DNA from: Gemmatimonadota bacterium
GTDB lineage: Bacteria; Gemmatimonadota; Gemmatimonadetes; Gemmatimonadales; GWC2-71-9
Length of the DNA stretch: 64,000 bases
Direction: 5' to 3'
Assembly (NCBI GenBank): GCA_036679645.1
Contig: JAZDCY010000026.1
Span: 8,818 to 72,817, forward strand
Shown here piece after piece: positions 10,079 to 19,175 of the stretch; position 1 is the stretch's first letter; each line of letters opens with the position of its first letter. A model generated the notes under the pieces. That model was not told the origin of the DNA and did not search any database. It was given only the letters and a program-made list of their open reading frames with translations. The position numbers were made by a program, and so were the translations under genes.

Positions 10079-10324
10079 ATGCAATGGATGATCCTGCTGA
10101 TCCTGGTGCTCACGGTCGCCTGGTGGCTCATGCGACACAGCGCAACGCCGGCCATTCCCCCCAAGCCCAAGATCGATCCCAGGAGGCTGCTCGCCGCCCA
10201 GTTGATCGAGGCGGCCAAAGTGGCGCGGAGAACGCGGCCCCCACGAGGGCTCCACCGAGCGCACCGTAGCCCAGGCCGCGCCATGCGTTCGTGGAACGGC
10301 CCCGCGAGATCTCCAACCGGTTGA
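10079..10324 (+). CDS. Small N-anchored membrane protein, apparently truncated
   Basis: GGAG SD; MQWMILLILVLTVAWWL TM; the 3' part lies antisense to the convergent gene. Confidence 0.4.
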   Translation: MQWMILLILVLTVAWWLMRHSATPAIPPKPKIDPRRLLAAQLIEAAKVARRTRPPRGLHRAHRSPGRAMRSWNGPARSPTG

Positions 10325-10544
10325 CCGCGGACCACGGGATGCTCACAGCCCGAGCTCTCGCGGGCTCCACGACGATTGTGGAGTCGGTGACGGAGCCCGT
10401 GGCGCCGATCACGGTCCCACGCGCCGAATGCACACGAACACGCGACCCCGGCGGGATCGTGGGATAGGGTGACGTCTGTGCTGCCAGCGGAGCCGCGACG
10501 AACATGACGACGATCAACGAGCTGATAATAGAAGTCGGTCGCAT
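10128..10544 (-). CDS. Secreted protein with Sm-like and glycine-zipper segments, C-terminus apparently lost
   Basis: GAGAGG SD, signal peptide (AAPLAA-Q), PGSRVRV...IPWSAVNRLEISRG, GLGYGALGGALVGAA; then reads antisense through the convergent ORF. Confidence 0.6.
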   Translation of the reverse strand: MRPTSIISSLIVVMFVAAPLAAQTSPYPTIPPGSRVRVHSARGTVIGATGSVTDSTIVVEPARARAVSIPWSAVNRLEISRGRSTNAWRGLGYGALGGALVGAAFSAPLWPPRSTGRRAASWDRSWAWGEWPALRCVA

Positions 10545-10647
10545 ATGACCCTCTCAAACGAGTACACCCGAGAGGGTCGGCGCCCCGCGTCAAGCGAGCG
10601 TCAAGCAGCTAGCGCAAAGTCAGCACCCCCAGCTCAGCGCTAGATGT

Positions 10648-12057
10648 TCAACACCACCTCACCCTCACGGTATATCCCACCCGCGTCTCCCCGCGCGCCG
10701 CCACGTCCACGCGGAACCGAAAGGTCATTGCGTCGATCCGCTCCCAATCGTGGCTGCTCTCCACGATCGTCCAATCGCCGGCCACGGGTTCCATCACGTC
10801 TACCTCGACGGCTTCGTCTTTGTGGTTGCGGAGATCGATCTCCCACCGGCTCTCCGACGTGCACCGGCCGAGAGCCCGCCACTCCATCTGCCGCCGGTCT
10901 GCGACCACGTCGAAGGACTCGCCCACCTTGATGCGCACCAACTCGTCACGCGGTGTGTGGTCGATCCGGTCCTCGCCGACGAACTGCTGCGCGCCGGAGC
11001 GGTCGGCCTTGTATACGCGCACTATGCCGCGGGGCAACGGCATGCCCAGTCCGTTGGCGGACCGGTTCTCGAACTCGAGGAAGACGCCCACTTTCTGACG
11101 GGTCGGCAGCTGACCGGTTTGCGTGCGATACCACTGCCACTGACCGGGCAGCACGAGGCGGCGAGTGATGCCAATGCCGTCTGCCTCGAGCAGCGTGACC
11201 TGTTTCTGTTCGTTGTTCAACATGGTGGTGGGTCGCTGCAGCGTGTAGAGGTGATACTCGAGCAATCCCTCCTCGACGAATCGATCGGCGGCCTCGGCCA
11301 CCGCCATCTGAGCACGCAACCGGCGGTACTCATCAACCCGTTCCTGCACGCGCTGGACGTCGCCCGCCACCAACTTGAGCTGCGCGTTCTCGAACGAGGC
11401 GCCCGACGTGTTGTTGAGCGTCACCCATCCAGTGATGTCACCCGCCGTATCATCATCGTTCAGGACTAGCACGTAGTCCGTACGCCAGCTCATACCGCGC
11501 GTGAGATACGATACCTCCACCTCTCGCCTGCCCGCCTCCCCGGCGAGCGTCCACATCAGTGTGGGCTCGGCAATCAGGTTCTCGGGAATCTCCGGGAAGG
11601 CCATGCGCCCGGGGAACCCGAAGGTGATCTCCCCGCCGATCCTGAGCACCACGCCGTTATTGGCTGAGAGCACCTCGGCCTCGTACGCCTCGTCGCGTCC
11701 CGCGCGCTCGTTCCAGCGATACACGGTGATCGTCCGGCCCACGTATTTCTGAACGAGCTGCTCGGGACTCAGGAGATCGTATCGATAGTTCTGTTCCAGC
11801 ACCCGCAACGGGCGACCGTCACGCGCCCGAACACTGAGCGTGTAAGGCTCGATCTGCGCGGTCACGTCGCGGTATTCCACGGTGGATGGACCGCCGACGA
11901 GGTCGATGTTCCGCACCTCGCGCACCAGACCGAAGTCCTGATTGTATACAGTGATCGTAACGGCCAGGCGCTGATCGGCCGTGGAGCGGCTCGGCGCCTG
12001 GGCGGCGGCCGCGCCGGCCGCGCAGACCAGCATCGCCAGTATGGACAGCACTCTCAT
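10648..12057 (-). CDS. DUF4139-domain secreted protein
   Basis: Signal peptide, ITVYNQDFGLVREVR, EQNYRYDL, SYLTRGMSW, YHLYTL, LGMPLPRG, GEDRIDHTP. Confidence 0.85.
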   Translation of the reverse strand: MRVLSILAMLVCAAGAAAAQAPSRSTADQRLAVTITVYNQDFGLVREVRNIDLVGGPSTVEYRDVTAQIEPYTLSVRARDGRPLRVLEQNYRYDLLSPEQLVQKYVGRTITVYRWNERAGRDEAYEAEVLSANNGVVLRIGGEITFGFPGRMAFPEIPENLIAEPTLMWTLAGEAGRREVEVSYLTRGMSWRTDYVLVLNDDDTAGDITGWVTLNNTSGASFENAQLKLVAGDVQRVQERVDEYRRLRAQMAVAEAADRFVEEGLLEYHLYTLQRPTTMLNNEQKQVTLLEADGIGITRRLVLPGQWQWYRTQTGQLPTRQKVGVFLEFENRSANGLGMPLPRGIVRVYKADRSGAQQFVGEDRIDHTPRDELVRIKVGESFDVVADRRQMEWRALGRCTSESRWEIDLRNHKDEAVEVDVMEPVAGDWTIVESSHDWERIDAMTFRFRVDVAARGETRVGYTVRVRWC

Positions 12058-12194
12058 GGTGTCTCCCGTTTGGGGTTCAGTGTGGGAGACGTCCCAGACC
12101 CGGAGAGTTACACACGCCGCCCGTAGGTGGCTCGCCTGGATCGCGTCGGAGGCGTATCTTGGCAGCTTCTCGGACCCCTGGCCGGAGGTGATAC

Positions 12195-12413
12195 ATGAGC
12201 GAGAAGCGCGAGCACGTATTCGTGGCGCCGGTGTTTTTGGCCACGGCGTTCCTGCTCTTCGGCACAGCTCTCGTAGAGAAGTTCTTGAACCTGTTGGGTG
12301 CAGACATCCCGTTCGTCAGCGTCTACCCCAACCAGCTACTCTCGTGGGCAGTGACGTTGCTGATCTTCGATATCGCGTTGCTGCTGCGGCAGATTCTCGA
12401 GAACCGACTCTAG
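12195..12413 (+). CDS. Small two-TM membrane protein
   Basis: GGAGGTG SD; two hydrophobic segments; GC hairpin after the stop. Confidence 0.7.
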   Translation: MSEKREHVFVAPVFLATAFLLFGTALVEKFLNLLGADIPFVSVYPNQLLSWAVTLLIFDIALLLRQILENRL

Positions 12414-12454
12414 GAGGGCGCTCACCCGCACGAGGCGCGGTGGGGCGCTCCACC

Positions 12455-12784
12455 TCATTCCTGCCACACGCCGTACCCAATGCCGCGCAGTTCGCCGGCG
12501 ACGTGGCGCTCGACGCTCTGTGCTTCCCGGTAGGTAAAGGGGCTGCCGTCGGGAAAGAGATCGGGGCGCAGATGCCAGCCGTAATCGCGCACTAAGCGGC
12601 TTGCCTTGTATCCGCGCTTGTGATTGTGGAAGCGCCGCTCGGGGGTGAGCCCGGTCATGCCGACGTACACGCACGGCTTGCCTTTGGCATACCGTGGGTT
12701 GCGCTCGCGGAATTTCTTGCGCTCGAGCACGGCCGGATCGAGCTCAACGACGTACACATGGTAGTGCTTATTCCGTCGCATCAT
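12455..12784 (-). CDS. Small GIY-YIG nuclease-like protein
   Basis: YHVYVVEL...CVYVGMT...ERRFHNHK...EAQSVE match the GIY-YIG strands plus Arg/His/Glu. Confidence 0.75.
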   Translation of the reverse strand: MMRRNKHYHVYVVELDPAVLERKKFRERNPRYAKGKPCVYVGMTGLTPERRFHNHKRGYKASRLVRDYGWHLRPDLFPDGSPFTYREAQSVERHVAGELRGIGYGVWQE

Positions 12785-12889
12785 CTCGATTGGTGATTGC
12801 GCGCTACATGCTGGAGGAAGCGACGATCGCCCTGGCGTCCCCGGGCCTCGACCCGGGGATGGTGACCGCTTGTGTGAATTGTAGGTGGG

Positions 12890-13081
12890 CTACGACCGCG
12901 GGCGGGACACCCGCTTGCGGCGCCGGGCGGCGGCGGCCTTCAGGCGCTTGGCAATGCTGGGCTTGGTGTAGAAGCGCTTCTTGCGCACGTCTTTCAGGAT
13001 TCCGGCCCGCTGGACCTTCTTTCGAAAGACCTTGAGGGCCCACTCCACTCCATCGCCCTCGGACAAGTTCACTCGTGGCAT
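12890..13081 (-). CDS. rpsU: 30S ribosomal protein bS21
   Basis: V...EWALKVFRKKVQRAGILKDVRKKRFYTKPS...[15 protein letters not shown]. Confidence 0.92.
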   Translation of the reverse strand: MPRVNLSEGDGVEWALKVFRKKVQRAGILKDVRKKRFYTKPSIAKRLKAAAARRRKRVSRPRS

Positions 13082-13166
13082 AAGATCCCTCCGGAACGGT
13101 TGGGAAACTGCAACGGGGCCACTCCGAGCGCGTCGGTGCGGCCCCGCGCAGTAGCAGCTGACGTAG

Positions 13167-13376
13167 TCAGCCTATTTTCGTGACGTTCGCCGCGGCGGGA
13201 CCCTTCTTGCCCTCGACGATGTCGAACTCCACCTGCTCACCTTCGCGCAGGGACTTGAAGCCATCACCCTCGATGGCGGTGTGGTGGACGAAGCAATCGG
13301 GCTCGCCGCCCTCCGGCGAGATGAAGCCAAAACCCTTGCTGTCGTTGAACCACTTGACGGTTCCCTTGGTCCGCAT
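13167..13376 (-). CDS. cspA: Cold-shock protein (CspA family)
   Basis: [15 protein letters not shown] (RNP1), CFVHHTAI (RNP2), [10 protein letters not shown]; start at ATG 13376. Confidence 0.96.
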   Translation of the reverse strand: MRTKGTVKWFNDSKGFGFISPEGGEPDCFVHHTAIEGDGFKSLREGEQVEFDIVEGKKGPAAANVTKIG

Positions 13377-13522
13377 TCTCCCGAACTCCTTGTGTGTGGT
13401 GTGCTGATGGCGTCGGAGTCCGGACTGGCCGTGCGATCCAACGTTCATCAAAACTTTCGCGGTCAAAGCCCCCGCGATGGGCCGCCGACGTCGCCAACAC
13501 ACGACGCGGAATCTCGTTAATA

Positions 13523-13556
13523 CAAAAACGGGGCCCCGCGTTGTGCCAGGTCCCCG
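13523..13556 (-). terminator. Intrinsic terminator/attenuator between the DEAD helicase and csp
   Basis: Minus strand CGGGGACCTG...CGGGGCCCCG followed by TTTTTG. Confidence 0.6.
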
Positions 13557-13652
13557 ATACACGCTTCACTGGTCTAGCGGTGCGCCGGCTGCGGCACGCC
13601 TCACGCTCAAGGAGAAGCTAGCCAATCGGGCCGGCAAACGGAAGGCCCTTAT

Positions 13653-14861
13653 CTAGCGCCGGCGGCTTCCTCCCCTGCGGGGCCGCAGCGACGGCCCTGT
13701 GGGTCGGGGCGCCTCCTCCCGTGGCTGGGCCGGAGCCACCTTGGGCTCGAAGCCAGGGACGACCTCACGGGTGAGCACGAACCCCATGAGCTTCTCGACG
13801 TCCCGCATGAGCAACCACTCATCTGGCGACATCAACGTCAACGCCACCCCGTGCCCGCCCGCACGAGCCGTGCGGCCGACGCGGTGCACGTAGATCTCGG
13901 GATCGTTGGGCACATCGAAGTTGACAACCATCACGATGTTGTCGACATCGATACCGCGCGCGGCCACGTCAGTCGCGACCAAGACACGGATCTTGCCGCT
14001 CTTGAACCCGTCGAGCGCCTTGGTTCGGACGCTCTGCGGTTTCCCTCCGTGCATGGCCGCCACGTCCTTTCGCACGTGCCGGAGCTTCCGGGCAAGCTTG
14101 TCGGCACCGAACTTGGTCCGCGTGAAGACGAGCGTGCGGCCCTGCTCGACCTCTTCCAGCATCCGCGCCAGCGCGTCCCCTTTCGTCGCCCGGTCCACCG
14201 CGACGAGGATGTGCTCCACGCCCTCGGCCGGTGCGGCGCGACGCCCGATTTCAACGGCCACATGGCCGTTGGTTGCACGGCGCGCCAGGCGATCGACATC
14301 GAACGAGATCGTGGCCGAGAAGAAGAGCGTCTGTCGCTCCTTGGGCAACGACGAGAGAATTCGATGCACGTCTGGAGCGAACCCCATATCGAGCATGCGG
14401 TCGGCCTCATCCAGCACCAACACCTCGAGCTTCGTACTATCGACGTGTCCGCGGTTCATGTGGTCCAGCAGTCGGCCGGGGGTCGCGATCACAATATCGA
14501 CGCCCTTGGCAAGAGCGCGCGTCTGCGGCTCCATGCCGACCCCGCCGTACACGGCAACGGATTTCAACTTCGTATAGCGCCCATAGGCCTTGGCGCTGTC
14601 CCACACCTGCTCAGCGAGTTCGCGTGTTGGCACGAGAATGAGTGCGCGCAGCACCCCATTGGGCCCGCCGGCGAGCCGCTGGAGAATAGGCAACAGAAAC
14701 GCCGCGGTCTTGCCGGTGCCCGTTTGCGCGGACCCGACAAGGTCGCGGCCTTCCAACCCCATCGGTATGGATTCTTGCTGAATGGGCGTGGGCACGGCGT
14801 ATCCACATTCGTCCACCGCCCGGACTAGTTCGGGGATCAACCCCAGTGACTGAAACGACAT
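13653..14861 (-). CDS. DEAD-box RNA helicase (RhlE-like)
   Basis: Q-motif PTPIQ, AQTGTGKT, PTRELA, TPGRL, DEAD, SAT, ARGID, HRVGRTAR. Confidence 0.95.
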   Translation of the reverse strand: MSFQSLGLIPELVRAVDECGYAVPTPIQQESIPMGLEGRDLVGSAQTGTGKTAAFLLPILQRLAGGPNGVLRALILVPTRELAEQVWDSAKAYGRYTKLKSVAVYGGVGMEPQTRALAKGVDIVIATPGRLLDHMNRGHVDSTKLEVLVLDEADRMLDMGFAPDVHRILSSLPKERQTLFFSATISFDVDRLARRATNGHVAVEIGRRAAPAEGVEHILVAVDRATKGDALARMLEEVEQGRTLVFTRTKFGADKLARKLRHVRKDVAAMHGGKPQSVRTKALDGFKSGKIRVLVATDVAARGIDVDNIVMVVNFDVPNDPEIYVHRVGRTARAGGHGVALTLMSPDEWLLMRDVEKLMGFVLTREVVPGFEPKVAPAQPREEAPRPTGPSLRPRRGGSRRR

Positions 14862-15126
14862 CTTCGTCAGACTATCTCCTCGTGCCGAGCTCACCAGCCC
14901 GCACATGTACGTCGCCCGCCCCGGTGGCCCGAAGCGTGCGCGTGTCCTGAACCTGAGGCGTGAGGCGGCGGGTGTGACGCGCCGGTACCCATCCTGAGCG
15001 GGTACCGTTCGTTCACAACTGTGAGAAGATGCCTGCTCGCGGTTCTACTATCAGTTTCGAAACTAATCATCTAGGTTGTTGGGCGCAACTCGTTGGGGGG
15101 AAGGAAGATGCGACCGCACCGCTGGC

Positions 15127-15155
15127 TTGAAGCTTCGTTGATGCACTTGTATACT
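15127..15155 (+). promoter_or_regulatory. Sigma70-type promoter for the 67-aa gene
   Basis: TTGAAG-17 bp-TATACT, about 78 bp upstream of ATG 15233. Confidence 0.6.
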
Positions 15156-15232
15156 TCATTATCGGCTGATCAGCACCGCCCGGCCAATCTGGGTGGCCGG
15201 CATCCAGAGACGAGGACCCCGGAGGGCAATGA

Positions 15233-15436
15233 ATGGCGAGACCAGGACCAGCGACGTTTGCCAAGCGACAACGCGAACTCTCGAAGAAGCGGAAACGGCA
15301 GGAGAAACTCGAGCGTCGCGCCATGCGGAAAGAGCAGAAAGCAGAGGATGTGGCCAACACGTCCGATGTTGGTGCTGACATCGATCCGGATATTGCCGGG
15401 ATCATTCCCGGCCCACAGCCACCGCTCGATTTCTGA
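15233..15436 (+). CDS. Small basic-N/acidic-C hypothetical protein
   Basis: GGAGGG SD; TFAKRQRELSKKRKRQEKLERR...DPDIAGIIPGPQP. Confidence 0.75.
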   Translation: MARPGPATFAKRQRELSKKRKRQEKLERRAMRKEQKAEDVANTSDVGADIDPDIAGIIPGPQPPLDF

Positions 15437-15479
15437 CCCAACCCCTTATTGCTGAGGGAAGAAGAGATGGTCCCGTAGC

Positions 15480-16358
15480 GTGATCCTCCTTGCGCTACTC
15501 GCTGTCGCCGACACGGCCATCACTGTGGCGGTTCCCGTCGCCCCTGCTGAGACACTCTCCGTTTCCATCCAAGGCGTAGGGCAGCCCGTCGTTTTCATTC
15601 CGGGGTTATTTGGAGCGGCATTCGGTTTTCGCCACGTCACACCGCCGCTCGTCGCCGACGGGTATCAGACACTCATCGTCGAGCCGCTTGGCATTGGCAA
15701 ATCGGCACGCACGCGCGGCGCCGAGGCCCATCGGGTGGTTGCCGCACTGGACAGCCTGGCGGTCGAGCGGGCAATCCTCGTCTCCCATTCGGTCGGTAGC
15801 GGGATCGCGTTTCGCGTAGCACTGCTGCGTCCCGACCTCGTGGCCGGAATCGTGTCGATCGAGGGCGGACCGACCGAGCAGGCTACGACCCCGGGGTTCC
15901 GCTTCCTCATGCGGTTCTCGGGTCTGATTCGCCGGTTCGGGGGTACGCGTCTCCTGCGGCGTCAGGTCTACTCCGCGATGCGGGAGTCATCGGCCAGAAC
16001 GGACTGGATTACCGATGAGGTCGTGGATGGGTATACGGCCGACGCGGCCCGCGACCTCGATGCCACGCTGCACGCCTATCGTGGGATCGCGCGGTCGCAC
16101 GAGCCGTGGCCCCTCGCCCCACGACTGCCGCTGATTCATTGCCCCGTGCTGTTGCTCGTGGGTGGCGCCGACCACGGACACAGCGTGCCGGAGGATGAGA
16201 TCCAACTCCTGCAGGACTCGCTCCTCACCTTCGCGATCCAGACGGTACCAGATGTCGGGCACTTCGTTTTCGAGGAGGGTCCGGACGCGGTCGTGACCGC
16301 GGTGGGCAGGATGCATCGAGAGGTCGTGGCGGGACGCACCGACCGACAGGAACCGTAG
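15480..16358 (+). CDS. Alpha/beta-fold hydrolase, possibly with a short in-frame deletion
   Basis: VFIPG, EPLGIGKS, SHSVG nucleophile elbow, catalytic D and GHF. Confidence 0.85.
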   Translation: MILLALLAVADTAITVAVPVAPAETLSVSIQGVGQPVVFIPGLFGAAFGFRHVTPPLVADGYQTLIVEPLGIGKSARTRGAEAHRVVAALDSLAVERAILVSHSVGSGIAFRVALLRPDLVAGIVSIEGGPTEQATTPGFRFLMRFSGLIRRFGGTRLLRRQVYSAMRESSARTDWITDEVVDGYTADAARDLDATLHAYRGIARSHEPWPLAPRLPLIHCPVLLLVGGADHGHSVPEDEIQLLQDSLLTFAIQTVPDVGHFVFEEGPDAVVTAVGRMHREVVAGRTDRQEP

Positions 16359-16478
16359 CCGAACGTTCCCGCCGGGCCCCTTTCTCTATTAGGTGCCCAT
16401 CTACCGGTTGTCCCATCGCTGCAAACCCGCATACTTCCTCCCGCACGACCCACACCGGTGATTAACGGGGAGGACACG

Positions 16479-18755
16479 ATGCGCTCCTGCGACCTCTCGC
16501 TCACACTCCTGTTCGCTGTCGCGACGCCGCTCACCGCCCAGGGCACTGCCGCGGACTACGCGCGGGCGGAGCGGTTCCTCCCCTGGCGCTCGGACAGCCT
16601 GGTTCTGAACGACGCGGTGATCCCACAGTGGATTGAGGAAACCGACCGCTTCTGGTATCGTCGCGAGTTAGCCGACGGCAAGACGTTCATGCTCGTGGAC
16701 CCCGCGGCGGGCACCCGAGCCCCCGCGTTCGACCACACACGGCTCGCGGCGGCGCTCGACACCCTCCTTGAAGGTGACATCGAAGCCAACGGCCTCCCCT
16801 TCGACCGTTTCACGTTCGTCGATGACGGGAGTGCCATAACGTTTAGCGCGCGCCGGGACAACTGGCGCTGCACGATCACCGAGTATGTCTGTGTGAAACA
16901 CGAAGAGCCTGAGCACCCTGACGGCCTGTCACCAGACGGGAAGTGGGTTGCCTTCGTGCGCGACTACGACCTGTGGGTGCGCTCGACCGAAAGCGGCCGC
17001 GAGGTCCAGCTAACCGACGGCGGCACGCGCGAGTGGCCCTGGGCGACGCGCATTCCATCACCGATCCAGATACGGCGCGAGCAGACTGAAGAGCCCGAGC
17101 AGAGTCCGGCTGTCACCTGGTCGTCCGATTCGCGGCGCCTCTCGACGGTGCGCATCGACCGGCGCGGTGCCGGCACGTTGAGCCTGGTGCAGCACGCACC
17201 GCCAGACCGGATCCGACCGCGGCACTACACGTACTACTATCCGCTGCCACAAGATTCCGTCCTGCCGACGGTTGAGTACTACCACGTGACCGTAGACGAA
17301 TGGCAGCCGCACCGCGTCCCGTTGTCCCCCATCCCGATGCAGTACTACGGTGGCCCGCGCGGCGCCCGGTGGCACGACGACAATCGACACATGACGGTCA
17401 TCGCCACCGACCGCGGGTACACCACGCGGCGGGTCTACGTGGTCGACGCGGTGACGAACACGGCACGGGTAGTCATCGAGGAGGTCGGCGAGCCGTACGT
17501 GGACATCTACGGCGGCACCACACTCCGGTTTCTCGAAGGCGGCACCGATGTGTTGTGGGCATCCGAGCGTGACGGATGGATGCATCTGTACCTCTACGAC
17601 GGTACTACCGGACAGGTGAAGCGGCAGGTCACACGAGGCGAGTGGGTCGTGCGCTCCGCGGAGCATCTCGACGAAGAGAACCGCACCGTCTTCTTCACGG
17701 CCGGGGGACGCGAGCCCGGCCGGGACCCGTATCTCCGGCACATCTATCGTGTGGGACTCGACGGGGGAACCCCGCGTCTGCTCACGCCCGAGGACGCCGA
17801 TCACGCCGCGTCGTTCTCCCCCACGGGCGCGTACTTCGTCGACACCTATTCCCGGCCGCATATCGAGCCCGTCTCGGTCCTGCGCCGCGCGTCGAATGGC
17901 CGGGTGATCATGGAGTTGGAACACGCCGACGCGTCACGCCTGCTCGAGACAGGCTGGCGGCGACCGGAGCCATTTCAGGCCGCAGCACGTGACGACAGCA
18001 CCGCCATCTACGGACTCGTCTGGTGGCCGTCGACCTTCGACTCGACGAAGTCCTATCCGGTCGTGGAACAGATTTACACCGGCCCCCATTCATCCTTCGT
18101 CCCCAAGACTTTCTCCGCGTATCGCAGCACCGCGCAGACGATTGCCGAGCTGGGGTTCATCGTGGTACAGGTCGACGGACTCGGCACGTCACGACGCGGT
18201 CGCGCGTTCCATATGTACTCGTGGCACAACCTGGGAGACGGCGGGATCGCCGATCACACCATTGCCATACGCCAGCTTGCCCGGCGCTATCCTGCTATGG
18301 ATCTCGAGCGAGTCGGGATCTACGGTCATTCGGCTGGTGGCTACGACGCAGCGCACGCGATGTTGACCCACCCCGAGTTCTACGACGTGGCGGTCTCGTC
18401 GTCCGGCAACCACGATCATCGCATGGACAAAGCCGTGTGGAACGTGCAATGGATGGGCTGGCCCATCGGCGAGCACTATGAAGCGCAATCAAACATCACC
18501 ATGGCCGACCAGCTTCAGGGTAAGCTCTTTCTCGTCCACGGCGACGTCGACGAGAACGTACCCGTCTCGGCGACGCTCCAGTTCGCGAACGCATTGATCG
18601 CCGCCAACAAGGACTTCGACCTACTGATCCTGCCCAACCGCACACATAACCTCGGACGCGACCCCTATTTTCTGCGGCGGCGGTGGGACTACTTCGTACG
18701 CCACCTGCTCAGCGTCGAGCCACCCGCCGGGTACGAGATCACCGGGCCCGGGTAA
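16479..18755 (+). CDS. S9B (DPP IV-like) peptidase
   Basis: Signal peptide, propeller repeats (SPDGKW, SERDGW), GHSAGG, HGDVDENV, His in NRTHN. Confidence 0.93.
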   Translation: MRSCDLSLTLLFAVATPLTAQGTAADYARAERFLPWRSDSLVLNDAVIPQWIEETDRFWYRRELADGKTFMLVDPAAGTRAPAFDHTRLAAALDTLLEGDIEANGLPFDRFTFVDDGSAITFSARRDNWRCTITEYVCVKHEEPEHPDGLSPDGKWVAFVRDYDLWVRSTESGREVQLTDGGTREWPWATRIPSPIQIRREQTEEPEQSPAVTWSSDSRRLSTVRIDRRGAGTLSLVQHAPPDRIRPRHYTYYYPLPQDSVLPTVEYYHVTVDEWQPHRVPLSPIPMQYYGGPRGARWHDDNRHMTVIATDRGYTTRRVYVVDAVTNTARVVIEEVGEPYVDIYGGTTLRFLEGGTDVLWASERDGWMHLYLYDGTTGQVKRQVTRGEWVVRSAEHLDEENRTVFFTAGGREPGRDPYLRHIYRVGLDGGTPRLLTPEDADHAASFSPTGAYFVDTYSRPHIEPVSVLRRASNGRVIMELEHADASRLLETGWRRPEPFQAAARDDSTAIYGLVWWPSTFDSTKSYPVVEQIYTGPHSSFVPKTFSAYRSTAQTIAELGFIVVQVDGLGTSRRGRAFHMYSWHNLGDGGIADHTIAIRQLARRYPAMDLERVGIYGHSAGGYDAAHAMLTHPEFYDVAVSSSGNHDHRMDKAVWNVQWMGWPIGEHYEAQSNITMADQLQGKLFLVHGDVDENVPVSATLQFANALIAANKDFDLLILPNRTHNLGRDPYFLRRRWDYFVRHLLSVEPPAGYEITGPG

Positions 18756-18759
18756 CGGG

Positions 18760-19026
18760 CACGAGTGAGGTGCTCGTGTGTCTGGAGAGCACTCTCAGGA
18801 GCACGCCGAGCGACCCCGACAGTCTGCTCGCACGCGCCGACCGGGTCCGCGAGCGCCTCACCATGGCTCCCCTCCCCGAGAAGGCCTTGCGAGCGGCGCG
18901 GACCAAGATCTCGAATTCATCGCCTTGGCAATGGATCTGGGCATTTCGCTGGTGACGTCTGATCGGGCAATCCTAAAGGCGTTTCCGCGAATCGCGAAAC
19001 CCCTTAGCGAGTTCGGACAGAGCTAG
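18760..19026 (+). pseudogene. Decayed VapBC-like toxin-antitoxin remnant
   Basis: One frame reads SEVLVCLESTL...LLARADRVRERL...ALRAARTK (antitoxin C-half). It abuts, in another frame, DLEFIALAMDLGISLVTSDRAILKAFP (PIN C-terminal D/E and T-x-D). Both N-termini are absent. Confidence 0.65.
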
Positions 19027-19175
19027 CATCGTCCGCGCGCCTGCATGACGCGCCGCGAAGGATCGAGGGCATCCTCAGCGCCCACCCGTCCCCGCACGTA
19101 CTATTGAATAGCCTCGCTCGGCCCGGCCGAGCTTCCCGCACAATCCATGACCCAACCCACGAGGCCGGAACGCTC

